Positions 47,640 to 61,036 of a stretch of DNA of 64,000 bases are shown piece by piece. Position 1 is the stretch's first letter, and each line of letters starts with the position of its first letter. The notes beneath the pieces were generated by a model. That model was not told the origin of the DNA, did no database searches, and was given only the letters and a program-made list of their open reading frames with translations. Source of the stretch: Marsupella aquatica (taxonomy: Eukaryota; Plantae; Marchantiophyta); the NCBI GenBank assembly GCA_973895155.1, contig OZ316899.1, positions 14,201,934-14,265,933 of the forward strand. Reading direction: 5' to 3'. A program made the position numbers and the translations under genes.

Positions 47640-50600
47640 CTTGGTCTTCATCCTCTTCAGGTTGGGACACAACCAAAATATTTGGCTTTTCCCCAACAAC
47701 TGAACGAGATCGTGGCACATATGTGATGACAAGTGACCATTCCTCTGGGTTTGGGGGGTATGGAATATAGAAACATTGTTCCACATGACTTGGAAAAGTG
47801 AACGGCTATGATGTTTGCCAATGAGATGGCTGGAAACTAGTGGAGATGTCTTTAGCCGTGTAAATCCACACTCATCTTGAAGCACGGTGGGATTGTTACC
47901 TGCAAGGTTCACTTTGAACCACTTGCACTTGAAGACATACTCTTCAAACTTTGATTGTGCATCATAAGAGATCACTAGGATCTCCTCTATCTTTCCATAA
48001 TGTGGCACAACATCTCGAATAATATTTGTGTCATGGCGACTGCTGCGGGAATCTTGAGAGAATTGTCCTTGAACTCCACAATCAAAGGTACGACCCCTCT
48101 TCTCATCAAGGGAAGAAACCCTAAAATCCATCAAACCATAAGGACATGTTACAAAAATAGGCATAAACATATAACAATTAATATCACATGCCAAAAAAAT
48201 GTCTTTTCAATATATGTGGGTGCATTACACATAAATTACAATCATCATAGATGAAAGGTTACTAAGGTACTTGGAAATAACCTGAAATGTCTCCCTTGTG
48301 TCCACATTACCATCCTTGTTCTAACCATTCTCAAGGGACCATGAACAATGGTACGGACGTCATCTGTGATAGCTGGAAAATGTAATACATTCTTTCCCCT
48401 CGCTACCATGTCATCCACCTCAACCAACTTCTCCTTCATGTAGTCATGGTACTTTGGAAAGATCCTTGGTCTTCTACTGGTACTTTTGGCATCCTCATAG
48501 AAATCCCTCCATTCTTCCATGATAGTGCTGTTACTCAACATGAATGTGGTTAGTTGTTTCAACTCCATTGGTGTCAACATGCGGGTTTTGATAGCACCTG
48601 TTAAACGATCCTCCTCATCTTCCCTCTCCTCTACCCAAGTACGGGGAGAGGTACGATCAATTGTGGCCAATATGTTACTGCAATAGAACATACTCTCTGC
48701 TGCCAAGTATCTTGTAGCCATGCTTCCCTCAACCCGTGCCCGGTTACGTACATAACCCTTTAATACTGCCATGTACCGTTCCAACCAATACATCCACCGA
48801 CAATGCACAGGACCAGCAATGGCCACCTCATGAACAAGTAAATGCACTTGGCAATCAAAAAAGGAAGGAGGAAGGGCCTTTTCTAACTTGCATACCACCT
48901 CTGCTGCCAGTACCTCCATTCCCGGGATCTCTTCACAATATATCTCCTTAGAACATACCCATCTCAATAGTTTTCCCAATGACCAAATGGCATCTTGCAC
49001 TTCTGAACTTGCCAAACCTATTATGGCCACGGGCAATATATGCTGCAATAACCGATGATAGTCATGCGTCTTGAGATACATTGGCCACTTATAATTGTCC
49101 TCCATCCCAAAGGCTTTCCGGAGATTGGCACCATAACCAGTAGGAAACCGCATGCCTCCTATACGATTCCTAAACTCCCTTCTCTGGCCAACAGGAAGCA
49201 CCCATGGGGTTGAAGGTCGATGTTCTATCCCTGTGATAGGATCAATTGTGACCCATACATCTGGATGCATCTCAAGATCCTCACAAGCCTCCCTGAAGTT
49301 AGTGTCCTTTTCTCCATAGAAAGCCTTTATCAAAGCCTTTCTCACATTTCCCTCAATGTGCATGGGGTCTAATAGATGGCGGATCTTCAACTCTCCCCAA
49401 TAAGGCAAAGTGGTTAATATACTCCATCTAGTCAACCCACTACCCTCAAATTGCATGGGATCCTCCGGTTTTGCCACTCTATCAGCCAAGTCTTTCCAAT
49501 GTGCAAAAGTTGTTGGCTCTGGTATATCACGTTCATCACCAAAGGACATATCAATGGAGGAAAATAGTAGTGGGTCAAACCTCATCTGATGGCCCATTGG
49601 CAGAAACTTTGTATGCCCAAGATAAACAATCTTGTGAAGGTGTGATGAGTACTTGGCTATATCACCAAGACTTGGGCCACAAGTGGAGCAGCCTTGTAGC
49701 CTTGGGTTTACAACCCACTCACAAAGCCAAATCCTGGTCATATAGACACACATAATGTACAATTAGCACATGGAAATGAGGGGATAACATGCATTATCAT
49801 ATCATGCTGGATGTAAACAAAAAAAAGTGTTGTAGTTTCATAGTTCTTACCTGGGTAGTCATGCATGGTCCACATACAAACCCCTTTTAGTTTAAAAACC
49901 CGTGGGGTACCCCCTGTAGTCTTTCAACCGTCATATGCCCATATTCCGTCCCATAATTTTTGGAGTTCCTCAACCACTAATGCCAAATAGGTGTCCATGT
50001 TCTTCACCTTCTTTGGCCCTGGGATAATCAAAGATAGCAATCAAAAGCCCTTTTTCATGGACAACCATGGTGGAAGGTTGTAATTCATGAGAACCACCGG
50101 CCAAACTGATGTAGGTCTCCCCTTCCCTCCAAGTGAATGAGGGCTAACCCCATCTGATGCCAACCCAAGTCGCACATGCCGAGGGTCACGCTCAAAATCT
50201 GGCCATGTTGACTCCACATGTTTATGAGCAAGAGAGTCAACTGGTAATCGCATCACACCGGGCTCCGAACGATGCTTCTTGTGCCATACCATCAACTCGG
50301 CCAAGTCAGAACATCTATACATGTGCAACAAGCGAGGAATAATGGGGAACCAACGAACTGCTTTTCTTGGCACCTTCCCGGTTAGCATGTTTGGGTCATA
50401 CCGTGGCTCATGACATACTGTGCATTCTGTCATATGGGCTTTGTCCCCATGAAATAATATGCAATCATTCACACAGGCATGAATGATATGGTAATCCATG
50501 CCAATGGATGAGAGAATCTTCTTTGCATCCTTCCAAGTTCCATGCAACACATTCTCCAAGGGTAACATCAAGTCATGACAATATTCAAATATGTCTGATA

Positions 50601-52490
50601 ACATAGAATTGTTTGCCTTATGTTTGGCCTGAATGTTCAACAACCCCAAGATGGTTGACAAACGACTCAACCGAGCACCCTCAAAGATAGGTGTCCGGGC
50701 ATGTTCCTCAGCCTCCTTCCATTGTTGTTGTCCCTCTGGAGTATGTTGTGGTCGTGGGTCATTTTGGGGGGCAGCTCATTCAACACTAATGTCAGGGACA
50801 CCATCTTCAACATCAGCACCAAACCAATCAACCATGAAGTTATCCATGGCTCTGTCCTGATCATGCATGACCTGGTCATCAGTCTGAGGTGTTGCTTCCT
50901 CATCACCATGATCACTTACATCATTACTTGATGAGGAATCATCCTCTGATGGTTCTCCCTCTTCTAGCATGCCCATCTCCCGATATGCTGCTCTCAACCT
51001 TCGTGGTAACATTTGTTGAGATGGTTGCACATTCTACGCACATCACAACCAAAAAACCTCTTGATGTACATTTCACCAGGTACAACAAAAACAAACTTCA
51101 GACCATTCATTCAAGACAAATTAACAATCAGTTTTAAGGATTGATTGCATGCATTCACATTAAGAACTTAAGTGAAGGGCCACACCAAAATTATACTACT
51201 CCAAAATGAGGCCAGAGGACATGTATATAATGATAAGTGTGAAGTACACACAAGGTACAAGAGGATGTATGACATGGCTCCCTAATCCCACTCATAGTGT
51301 GTGAATAACTCATCTCCAGCTCTAATAGTCCTAGTGGCAAGAACTAAGCAATGGTCCTTATGATATGTCATTCCATATGGTGCCGACATTGGGCCATCAG
51401 TAAAAACCCACTCACAATTGGCCCTACGCTTGGGTCGAGTCCCCACAGTACTATTTATAAAGCCAGCAATATTCCCATTACTCCCAATCTTCCCTAAACT
51501 CTTTGATGATAGAGGCAATCCGTAATATTCCCTAAGACTCCCAATCTTTGATGATAGAGGCACACTTGCCAGTGAATGAACAAATGCCCCACCTACCCTC
51601 AACTAGTGTTCTTGATGGGTCATTGGGTGCTCGTGGCCTCCTCTTGGACTGGGGCCTGGACCGGGGTCTTCGTGTCTTAGTGGGCACATGAGACTGTTCC
51701 TCTTCAGTCCCATGATTTGTACTGATCCCTACACCCAAGGCTTGTGAAAGTGCATTGCCTATAGCATCTAAAACTCCTTGTGATGGGACATAGGGTGGTG
51801 GTGTCACCGATCTACGCATACTGGATCCCTATTCCATGCAAAAACCCACAAAAAACCATATGTGTAAACATTGATTCACTTATGAAAATATGAGGGAAAA
51901 AAGGCAAACAATTGAAATCCACATACCATATGGATGAAGAAGCCCCCGGAGTAAGACCCCTATGACGTCCGGAGGTCTTATTATGAGCACACACATAAGA
52001 TTTTTGAGAAACTTGGCCCCCACATGGGGTATTTACAAACGACAGGAAACAGGAAACAGGAAAGTGGGTGGTAATTTTTTGGATTTTTTTTTGGATTTTT
52101 TTTGGAAAATTTTTTTTGGGGGAAAAAAAGTTTTTTTTGTTTTGGTTTGTCATCATCATATTGCTAGCGCCCGGAGCTAACAATAGCAGCACTTGGCGCT
52201 CGCAAAAAAAACCCATGATTTTAATTATTTTGAAAAATAAGACTTTAAATGGTACATTTTTAGATCATGTTTTTACTGGTAACAGGAAAATTTTTGCTGG
52301 TACCAATAATCATGTTTTCCTGTTTCTTGCCTCGGTGGTGATGCCCCCCACACATCTGGTGCACTCACAAAGTCTCCGGGGAGGACCACGAGGACCGGTA
52401 ACCTCAGGTTGAGGAGGAGGGGGTACATCATCGGAGGAGGAGTACTCACTACTGGATAGTTCAGAGGAGGAGGACATATCCACTGCCACA
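47640..52490 (-). pseudogene. TnpD/Tnp2-like CACTA transposase, multi-exon, with lesions
   Basis: CECTRC; RHVRLGLASDG..WPVVLMNYNLPPWL; IIPGPK; MHDYP; LDPMHIEGNV; LKTHDYH; PPSFFD..HLLVH; WMYWLERYM..LKGYVRNRARVEGS; YGKIEEI..FKCKW. Confidence 0.93.
51282..51819 (-). pseudogene. SET-domain (lysine methyltransferase-like) cargo, internally rearranged
   Basis: GNIAGFINST..ANC..LVLATRTIRAGDELFTHY matches the SET C-terminal motifs GNxARFINHS/NC and ATRxIxxGEELxxxY; upstream EGRWGI may be the SET-N glycine motif. Confidence 0.8.
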
Positions 52491-53059
52491 TTACATTGCA
52501 TGTAGGGCATGATTAGAATCCCTCTCGGCCAAAAAATATCCTAAAACTAAACTACAAAAACCCTTTTTTGTTTAGCATGAAACCCAAAGGAGAGTATCAT
52601 GCACAAAAATATCACATTGTCACCCTTGGGAAAATTGTAATGGTCTAGGCCCTGAATTAGGTTAGTGAATTACCTGAATGAGACCCGGGCTCAACAGTGC
52701 CTATAGGTCGTGTGGCTCAATGAACATGAGCCAAATCTAGAAGTAGGAGGAAAATATTGGAAACAAAATGTAAGTTTTGGATAGTCATTAGCATCTCTCA
52801 AGTTGTGGAACCCCAAACATAAGTTACACATATATATTCTTGCAAAACAAAAAATGGCAAGGTTTATGAAAAATCTCCACTAACAACACTACATACATGT
52901 TATACCTTTTAGATGCCCGGGTTCCCACAATGCATATGCATTAGACAAAAGTTGAGGAAGTAGTGATGTCCCTGGGCTGTATCATGATGACATGGGTTTT
53001 CCCCTCAATTGTTAGCATAAAAACCTCTTAGAACTTGCCCTCATAAGTTACCATAAAAT

Positions 53060-53510
53060 TAACCCAAGTGTCCATGAAAATAGAACCTGTCTTTCCCTCC
53101 TAAGTTGGCCTAAACCCCAAAAGCCAAAACATAAACACCTCCTCTTATTCCAATACATATAAGCCAAACATTCATAAAATGAAATCCCCCTGGCCAAACC
53201 CAAAACATAAAACACCTCATATATATTACCCTCCAATCTAAGCCCAACGTACCTTCATAAAATAAACCCTCCCCCAACCAAACCAAACGTCAAACATAAA
53301 ATCCCTCCATTTACCCTCCAATACACATAACCCCAACCTTCATAAAATAAAAACCCTCCCAACCAGGCAAAACCCAAAAGCCAAAATATAAATCCCCGTC
53401 TCTTTCCTTCCAATATAACCCCCTCCCCCCCAACCAGGCCAAACCCAAAAGCCGTAACATAAGACCCCTCCTCTTACCCTCCAATGTCAGCACTTTTAAA
53501 CCCCCCAACC
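53060..53510. repeat. Degenerate ~80-bp tandem repeat inside the CACTA
   Basis: Recurring CCAAACCCAAAAGCCAAAACATAA / CTTCATAAAATAAA units, about five copies. Confidence 0.75.
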
Positions 53511-53765
53511 CTTATATGATCACATGCAATGAATTACTTGTACCAAATTTAATGTTTATGACCCCTCTTAGTATCCCTGCTCACAGAAAATACACATGCG
53601 AGATGGGGGTCTTCGCAAACCCAATAGCGAACACGTTTGCAAAGTTGTATTCTTCGCAAAGATACCGTTTGTGAAGCTGGTTGAGAAGGTAGAACCATCG
53701 CAAACTGGGATGCGAATGACTTCACAAACCCTAACTCTACTGTCCTTATCATTTGCCAAGCGCAG

Positions 53766-55977
53766 ATGAGGCGGATCCATTTCTTTTGGGCCCTGGGAGA
53801 GAGCAGCGTAGGCAAGGGAGGAGCGATGGCAAGCGGAGGGGGAACTGCAGGTGATGGAGGAGCTTCTGCCAGCAGCGGAGGCAACCACTTAGAGGAGGAG
53901 GATCGACTTCAAAAGATTGTGGATGACCATTTCTCGGTTGCGCAGTTGAGTAAGATTGATTTCACCTCTCCAACAGGGCTTGCATCGTTGAGTGCATTAT
54001 TGGGCCAGGCCTTGCAATCTGGTCTCAGTGCAGGGAAAGCAGCAAGAGAGGAGGAAGAAAGGAGGACAGCCAAGCAGAAGGCCGCTGAGAAGAAGCGAAA
54101 GAGGGATGAGAGAGCTCAGGCTGGAGTACCCTCCCCTCAAGCCTTGGAAAAGAAGAGGAGGAAAGATGAGAGAGACTTGATAAGGAAACAGAGGGAGGAG
54201 CAGAGAAAGAAGGAGGAGGCAAGGAGGAAGTTGCCTCTGATTACATTAGAGGATGAGGGAATTCCCACAGAGCTTGCTTACAATGGGGCCAAGAGCACAA
54301 TCAGACACATTGTGTCCACAAATTTTGCAAGAGGAGTCGAGTGCGCACTCTCTCCAAGGCAGAGCAGAAGCGAGTGATCAATCAGGTGAAAGATGCATTC
54401 CAAAATGGAGGAGAGATGGATTCACAATGGCTTGCTGATAAAATCTCAAATTCCATGTCACAAGCATGATACCATGACAAGATGAAGATCAGGGCTCACC
54501 TGAGAGATTTGGAGGAGTACAAGAATTTGGGGAGGCCGCTGCAGTTCTCATAAGATATCTGGCAGGCCTTCTACGCCACAGAGGTGAAGTTGAAAGCAGC
54601 CAGGGTCCTCAATGAATTTATAGAGAAGTTGACAAATGCCCGGAAGGCAAAGGAGGCTGGGAAGTCTGACCGTGACCTGAAGATGATGGAGCAGAAGGTG
54701 GCCCAGTTGCAACAGGTTGTAGCAGAGGTGGGAGATCCGCCCAACAAGTTCTTGAAGGCAGTTGAGAGAGTTCGAGAAAAGCTCAACATCACCCATAGGC
54801 TTGGTCAAGGTGGCCTCCCCGGCCTCAAAGCAGCATTTGTGAGTGCACCGCCCTCTCCTCTCTTGACTTCTTACTCCAATTTCTATTCCAACACACCTGC
54901 AATGCCCCAACTCTTTTCTGCTGTGGCACCAAGTACTTCCAATTGGAGTTGTTGTGTCAGATTAGGTCACGAACATTTACTTCCCTTTCAACTTTTCGTC
55001 ATAACAGAGTTTGCAAAGCATTTGCGATGCGCGTCGCTTTGCAACTGCTTTGCAAACCTTGTTATTCACTTTTTTGGAAATAAATTTGCAATGCCCTTGC
55101 AAAGCCACGCGCATCTCAATCAATTTTGCAACCTAGTTTTCCCTTATGTTTGCAAAGCCGGAGACTTCGCAAATTCAAAAAATTTGAATTTTTGAATATT
55201 TCAAAACGTTCAAGTGTTGTTTGAGGGTCGTAAGCCCCCATGCCACCCTTGTAAAACCACCCCCAACCTAAGCCCCAACCCCACCAGCACCTAATTAACC
55301 CCTCTACTTGATTTAAGGCATTTTGGCTTGCCGTTATTGCTTGGTTTTGACCAATTGTGCCGGTTTTTATTTTGGTTAGTACAAGAGGTACAAGAGGAAG
55401 ATCACAATGGCTAAGATGGAGGTGGGCCAGAAACATGGGAAGGAGCATCTCTTTCGGCAAGTTGATCAATTATTGGTGAGCTTTCATTTTCAGGTTAATG
55501 TGTTGATTGCATTTATGAAAAATTCCCTCTTATGGATGTCATTCACTTAATTGTAAGGTTCTATATGACTAATGCATGGCTGGTTTGCTAATGTAACAGA
55601 GACCGGATGATGATGGTGACTCCCATACCGAGGGTGATAGTAGCGATGAGGATGAGGAGGGGACAGGGGAGGGGAGTACTGCTCCTGGTAGTCGAGTCAG
55701 GCCAACTAGCACTGGAGAGCAATCATTTGCATCAGCACCTCCACTGGTGCTGCGAGTGGTAGTGCGGTAGGGGATGGGGATGGGGATGGGGATGGGGATG
55801 GTGATGGTGACGGGGATGGTGGCGGTGATGGGGATGAGGATGAGGATGAGGATGAGGAGGGAGACCAAGAGGAGGAGGAGGCCCCGGTCCCCCCCCCAAG
55901 AGCACGCAAGGGCAAGGAGAAGGCCAAGGGGAAGAAGTCAAGGAGGGGCAGGAACTCTCCTTTCTAGCTCTATCTAG
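53766..55977 (+). pseudogene. TnpA-like (Ptta/Transposase_24-like) second CACTA gene, frameshifted, with an acidic last exon
   Basis: Basic coiled coil, LPLITLEDEGIP, REKLNITHRLGQGG motif; probable intron from GTGAG near 54839; Asp/Gly-rich exon 55600-55980. Confidence 0.6.
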
Positions 55978-57334
55978 ATAGGTGCCTAGATTACCCTAGA
56001 GACTTAGGTAGTTCACATGTATAGGGGGATTAGCATGGACATGCAACTTTTAGCTAAGGGTTCTTACCCTTCCATTTTGTAACTTTTGTACTTTTTGAGT
56101 AATGCCATTTTAATTGCGGCATTCCGGTCTACCTACATCCCTTTTCTCCCTCCTTCAACTATATGAATTGTTTCCCTAAACCACTAAACCCTATTATACC
56201 CTAATACTTCAAAAATACCTTTTGCGAAACCCTTGAGAACCAGCTGTCATATCAAATAGCCAAGACAAAACCATCACAAAACATTCTAAACGCTCATCCT
56301 CGCAAATTTTGCGATATTTTTTGCATCACAAATATGCGAACACACAATTTCTGCAAGTTTAGAAATGTGTTCAATTTCGCAAATGTAGCGAATATAAATG
56401 TATCACAGTGTTGAGAGGAAGAATGGCTCGCAATCTACCGATGTGTCCTAAATCGCAATCTAGCGATGATTTTAGCATTGCTACGTTAGCGTTTCTTTGC
56501 GAATCGCAAACGCGCCCATAGTTCCCGATTCGCAAATATTGCGGTAGGTATGGCATCACAATTGTGCAATGTTAAAAGAGTCGCAAAGTGCAAAGCTCTT
56601 GCGAAGGTCCAGTTGCGAAGGTGTGGGCATGGAAAAGAGCAAAGATGTTGAGATGTGCGGCATTTCGCAACAAGGAGTTGACCGACATTGTTTCCTTTGT
56701 TGCATGCAAGGGAGGGTGTTTTGCAAAAGAGGGTCATTGTGTTGTAGTGTTAGGATTTACCAACATTAATTCCGAGATGAGACCAATTAGTGGTGGTGTA
56801 GAGTAAGAAACCTCCGGGCTTGTTGTCAGTCGATTCTTTAGCAGGGGAAAAGCGCGGCTTCAGGGTTTAGACATTCGGATAGAATATTTCTTGGACAGTG
56901 CAGGGGGGAAGACGCAACTTAATTTTAGCATTCTCAATTTTAATTCTGCAATAGGCCCGATGAGTTGTTTGTGTGGAATTGCATATCTGGTTCTTTGGTT
57001 CAGAATTCTGTGACTCGATGTAAAAGAATTCACTATAAATTTGCTTACTGGTAATTAGCATTGACATGTAACGGTCACTTTATTGAAGGCAAATTGGAAA
57101 TGAATGTTGAGGGAGGAATAAATTTTGTTCTGAACTAATGTAACGAGGTCATTATATTGAAGTTGAATCCTCTGCTTGTGCTTGTAGGATTTCAAAAACA
57201 ACACAATTCGAGCGGGAACGCGATTATTGTAGGCCATACTGCTTTCTATGGAGCACCGCTTGGTTGTGTATTAGTGTCACAGCACTTCTGATATGGCATA
57301 TTGGAAGATACCACCCAATCCCCAATTCTAAATT

Positions 57335-57414
57335 GTCAGCAGTAGCACCTGGCTATTGAATTATTTATCATCGCGTCAGCAGTAGCACCTGGCTGTTGAA
57401 TTATTTATCATCGC
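57335..57414. repeat. 40-bp tandem duplication
   Basis: GTCAGCAGTAGCACCTGGCT(A/G)TTGAATTATTTATCATCGC twice. Confidence 0.9.
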
Positions 57415-57931
57415 GGATGAGTACTCCCCTCCTTTGGATATTCAACAGTCGCAAGACATCCCTAAGTCGTCACCTATGTTGAGTTGTGGCGTGGCGCGGC
57501 GTGGGTGTTTCGATTCAATACCTGCATCATTAGGGCAATTGACACTCAGTTTTGCATCTGGGAATGGAGGGTCCATACTCACTTGGATGCACACTATTGA
57601 ATCTCGGAGCGGATTTGAATTTTCTTTGTTTATCCTGAAAGAAAGCTGTGTCTTACCATACATACAAACATTGGTAATGTAAACCTCGGCCGCATAGGGA
57701 AGTCATGCCATGATCGTATATCCAATTTCCGTGGGCGCTGCTGATTCCCCCTCCCTCTCTGCTTTGCGAGAGGTGGGTGGACAATATAGCCCCGAAAACT
57801 GAAAAAGTCACATCAGTTACGCCATGTCTATAGTGGTTGTTTTTAGGGTTCAGTTTTATGGTAATTGAATTGATGATGCATACAGGTCTCACCTGATCCA
57901 AACGGTAACGGAGATTGGTCTCATTTGCCAG

Positions 57932-59542
57932 TCAATGTTGTTGATTTTCCTGCCCCATATATTGTATTAGCTTGGCAGCTTTTTTGGTTTCTTCTTGAAA
58001 CAGGGCCATCTTTACTCGATAAGCTGCTCTTGAAAATGGATTTAATGTGGACAAGTCAAATCCAGCAATGTTGTGCAGTGCCTCGTGAAGATAAAATTCC
58101 ATGGCTTTTTCCCTTTCCTTTGAAGCTTCTATGATTAAGGACTCCTTGGCCTCAAATTTGGGATTCCCTGCCTCTTGCAAACATCGGGTGAGGTCGTCAA
58201 GGAGTTGTAAATCCGTGTCGAGCTGCTTCTTCAGTCCCTGTACTTCTTCTTCTACTTTTTGGCATTGGCTCCGTTTGTCTTGTATCTCTCGCTGGAGCCT
58301 AGCATTTTCCTCTTTCAGTACGTCTAGTTGCTTACATATTCTAGACTCACACGACCCCAATTTGTCTGACCTCTGTTCCAAAGCCGTGCCGTCGATTGTC
58401 AAGCTCTATACCGTTCCCTTGTGTAATAATGTATCTTCAGATAATTTGTGCAATGACCCTGTGGGGTCCTGATGAAATCCTATGTTCCGGCTGGGGCTCT
58501 CTGCAAACTCTGTTCCCTTGTTTAATGAAGTGACGACTACCCTCTATTTGAAACCTTTCAATCGAGATGCATCTACTGATTCCAATTTTTGTACATGCAC
58601 GTCCAACCGTCCGTCCTCCGAACCGCCTTCCACCGTGGAGGATTGCAAGGCGTGGTTGCTGGCCCTGAAGTTGTGCAAAATGTATGCTCCCAGTAGAGTG
58701 GCTTCCTCTCCACGATCTTCTTTGCCTTCTGAACTGTCAGCGCGTGCTTCTTCCTGTTCTGGATTAGCTGCAGTCCCATGTGGTAAGGTGGATTCACTGG
58801 TTCCCCGGTTTTCCCCGACCGCGTGACTGTAAGCAACATTTTGTCGGTGACTCCTATGCAATTGGCGATTTTGCGGTGCAACATCAGGGATGGCGGTGGC
58901 ATCCCTGATCGGGTTCACCAATCTTTTCTTTAGCACCCAACAAATGATGTAAGCAAGAAGTGAGGGATAAGGCGGAACCAATTTGGACCAGAGTTTTTGA
59001 AGCAACTCCGCCTTCCGCACTTGCAATGGGTGGAGCTTGCCTTCAAGCACTCGAGCGGCGATCGTGATATGGTCAATGGTCCCATGATGGTAACCAGATT
59101 TTATCATCACCCATTCGGTGAAAAACTCTATATACTTGCGGACCTCCAGATTTGTCACCGTCCCGTATTGGATCTTCTCGACATGGATCGAGGATCTCAA
59201 GTCACGGTCTGACCTCAAAAAGCCGATAATCTGCCGTGGAGTGTAAGGTGTGCACTTCACTCTTGTCGGGAGCTGCGATGGAACTAAACCTAGAATCCCA
59301 AACATGTTGGCCAATTCTTGGTTGAGCACCCTAATAAGCGGTGTCCTATCGTACTCGATGCACAGTGACGCCGCATCGCCATAGACTGATCGTATATTCC
59401 AATGATAATATGCAGCCTCTGCCAAGGTCAGATCGCAACCCATTCGGACCATACCCAGGCATTTGGCATGCCGGAAGATGCTCTCAAATTGAGTAATGTA
59501 AGCTGTGTCCGTCCGCGAGTTCTGAATGTTGGCCTCTGCCAC
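57932..59542 (-). pseudogene. Paralogue of the 28240 gene (Transposase_32-like domain plus coiled coil)
   Basis: 332-aa and 156-aa ORFs in the same frame; alignable with 28240-29142 over ~200 aa. Confidence 0.75.
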
Positions 59543-61036
59543 TATTGTAACAGTTTTTGAGCCATTGATAACTGCAATGTTTCAAGTAGTCTCCGCGCGA
59601 GACCTCTTTCTGCTCGACATGAAACAAACGGAAGGACACCTTTGCAAAACCACAGTTAATTTCCAGAACTCGTATCATTCATTCGGGTGCCGGAACAATT
59701 TTGGCAAATTGCTCGAATCACTTTTTATCCAACTATGTTTGCCCCATTATTGTGTATTGCTCATCTCGAGGTGGCGGACATTTTTAGGGCTGACTTCCGC
59801 TAAAGCCAAACATCGCGTGCGGCAAATTAGAGGGTCATATTTGAAAGCAATGTGTCTTTTAAGTTTTTTTGTATTTCTTCCGAGACTTATGAGAGAAGCT
59901 TTGATCTGACACTATTTGTGAGATTTTAGGGTGTACATTACCGTTGTCCTCTAGATACACTCAGCGGGTTACGGTGACGTTCCTCATATTTACGAGAGGC
60001 CGAGCATTCCCAAAATTGGGTTTCGGTCAAACAAAATGAGATGTATCATTATTATCATTGACTTTATGGTTGGTTGGTTGAAGACACTCTTCAGCTCAAA
60101 TTGAATATTCAATAGAGGTCCCCTTGTTTATCATGCTTAGGGAAATGGAAGGAAGGTTGCCACGGTGTGTGGTCACAATGAATATATGTCATTATTTTGC
60201 TGGTTTGTTTAGGGTTTGAGAGGTGGCCAAATTGAAACTGGGTCTTCAATGGCCAATTTGGTGAAGCTCCAATTTGAGCTCTATGTTATCCCTTTCAGGA
60301 TTTATAGTTTAGGGTTGTATGGTAAATGTGTTTTTTGGATCATATACTGGTGGTGTGGGTAAAATGGCAGCGGCTAGGGCAATTCTAGATTGTTGTGTCG
60401 AGTTTCGATAAAACAATGGAGGGTAGCTCTGGACCGTGGATGGAACAGAGTGAGTTCAGGTTTGTTTGATTGGTATCCATCTGTAGTGCCAAGCTGACTA
60501 CACAAAACTGGTCCAACACAACAGTACTTAACCGGCTGAGACTCGAGCTAACTTTGGCCGCAAGTTATTTCACTTACCACATTGGTGAATGAATTCAGTT
60601 ACCTTCTGAAGCAGTTGCAGTGCTAGTACGGGCTCTGCTGACTCAACGGAACCCAATCCGGTGTATTCTTGTCGTCAGGTTTGGAATGGCTATAAGACAT
60701 CCAATGAGAAGGCTTTGCATTGAACAAAACAGAGGCTTAGTTCCGCTGTCATACATAGATTGTAAAAACCAACTCGATAGTCGGGAAAAGCACGCCCTAT
60801 AAGCCAACTCCCTCCATTCTTTCCTAAACCCTAAATCCTAAAGCTTTACAGTGTAGCGCATATTGCGCCAATGCTACCTACTACAAAACCAATCTATCAA
60901 AAATAGAGCCCGCTATACTCTGGGGTCGTGCTCATACATAGCTAGTTTGAAAGGAAGAATTTTTGGAATATATACATTGTGTGACCGCGTTTTGAATGTG
61001 TAATAAAATATGTACGTGTATGTGGGGTCAATGGCT

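Larger units (their letters stand above)
46408..56749. mobile_element. Complete CACTA (En/Spm) DNA transposon, 10342 bp, TSD TTA
   Basis: TTA-CACTACTACA...TGTTGTAGTG-TTA; dense TTGCGA/TCGCAA subterminal repeats at 46460-46830 and 56220-56670. Confidence 0.96.

Noticed and set aside
55569-55977. Pro/Ser, His/Pro and Met/Gly repeat ORFs
   Set aside because: Alternative frames of a GATGGG-type hexamer repeat in the acidic exon.
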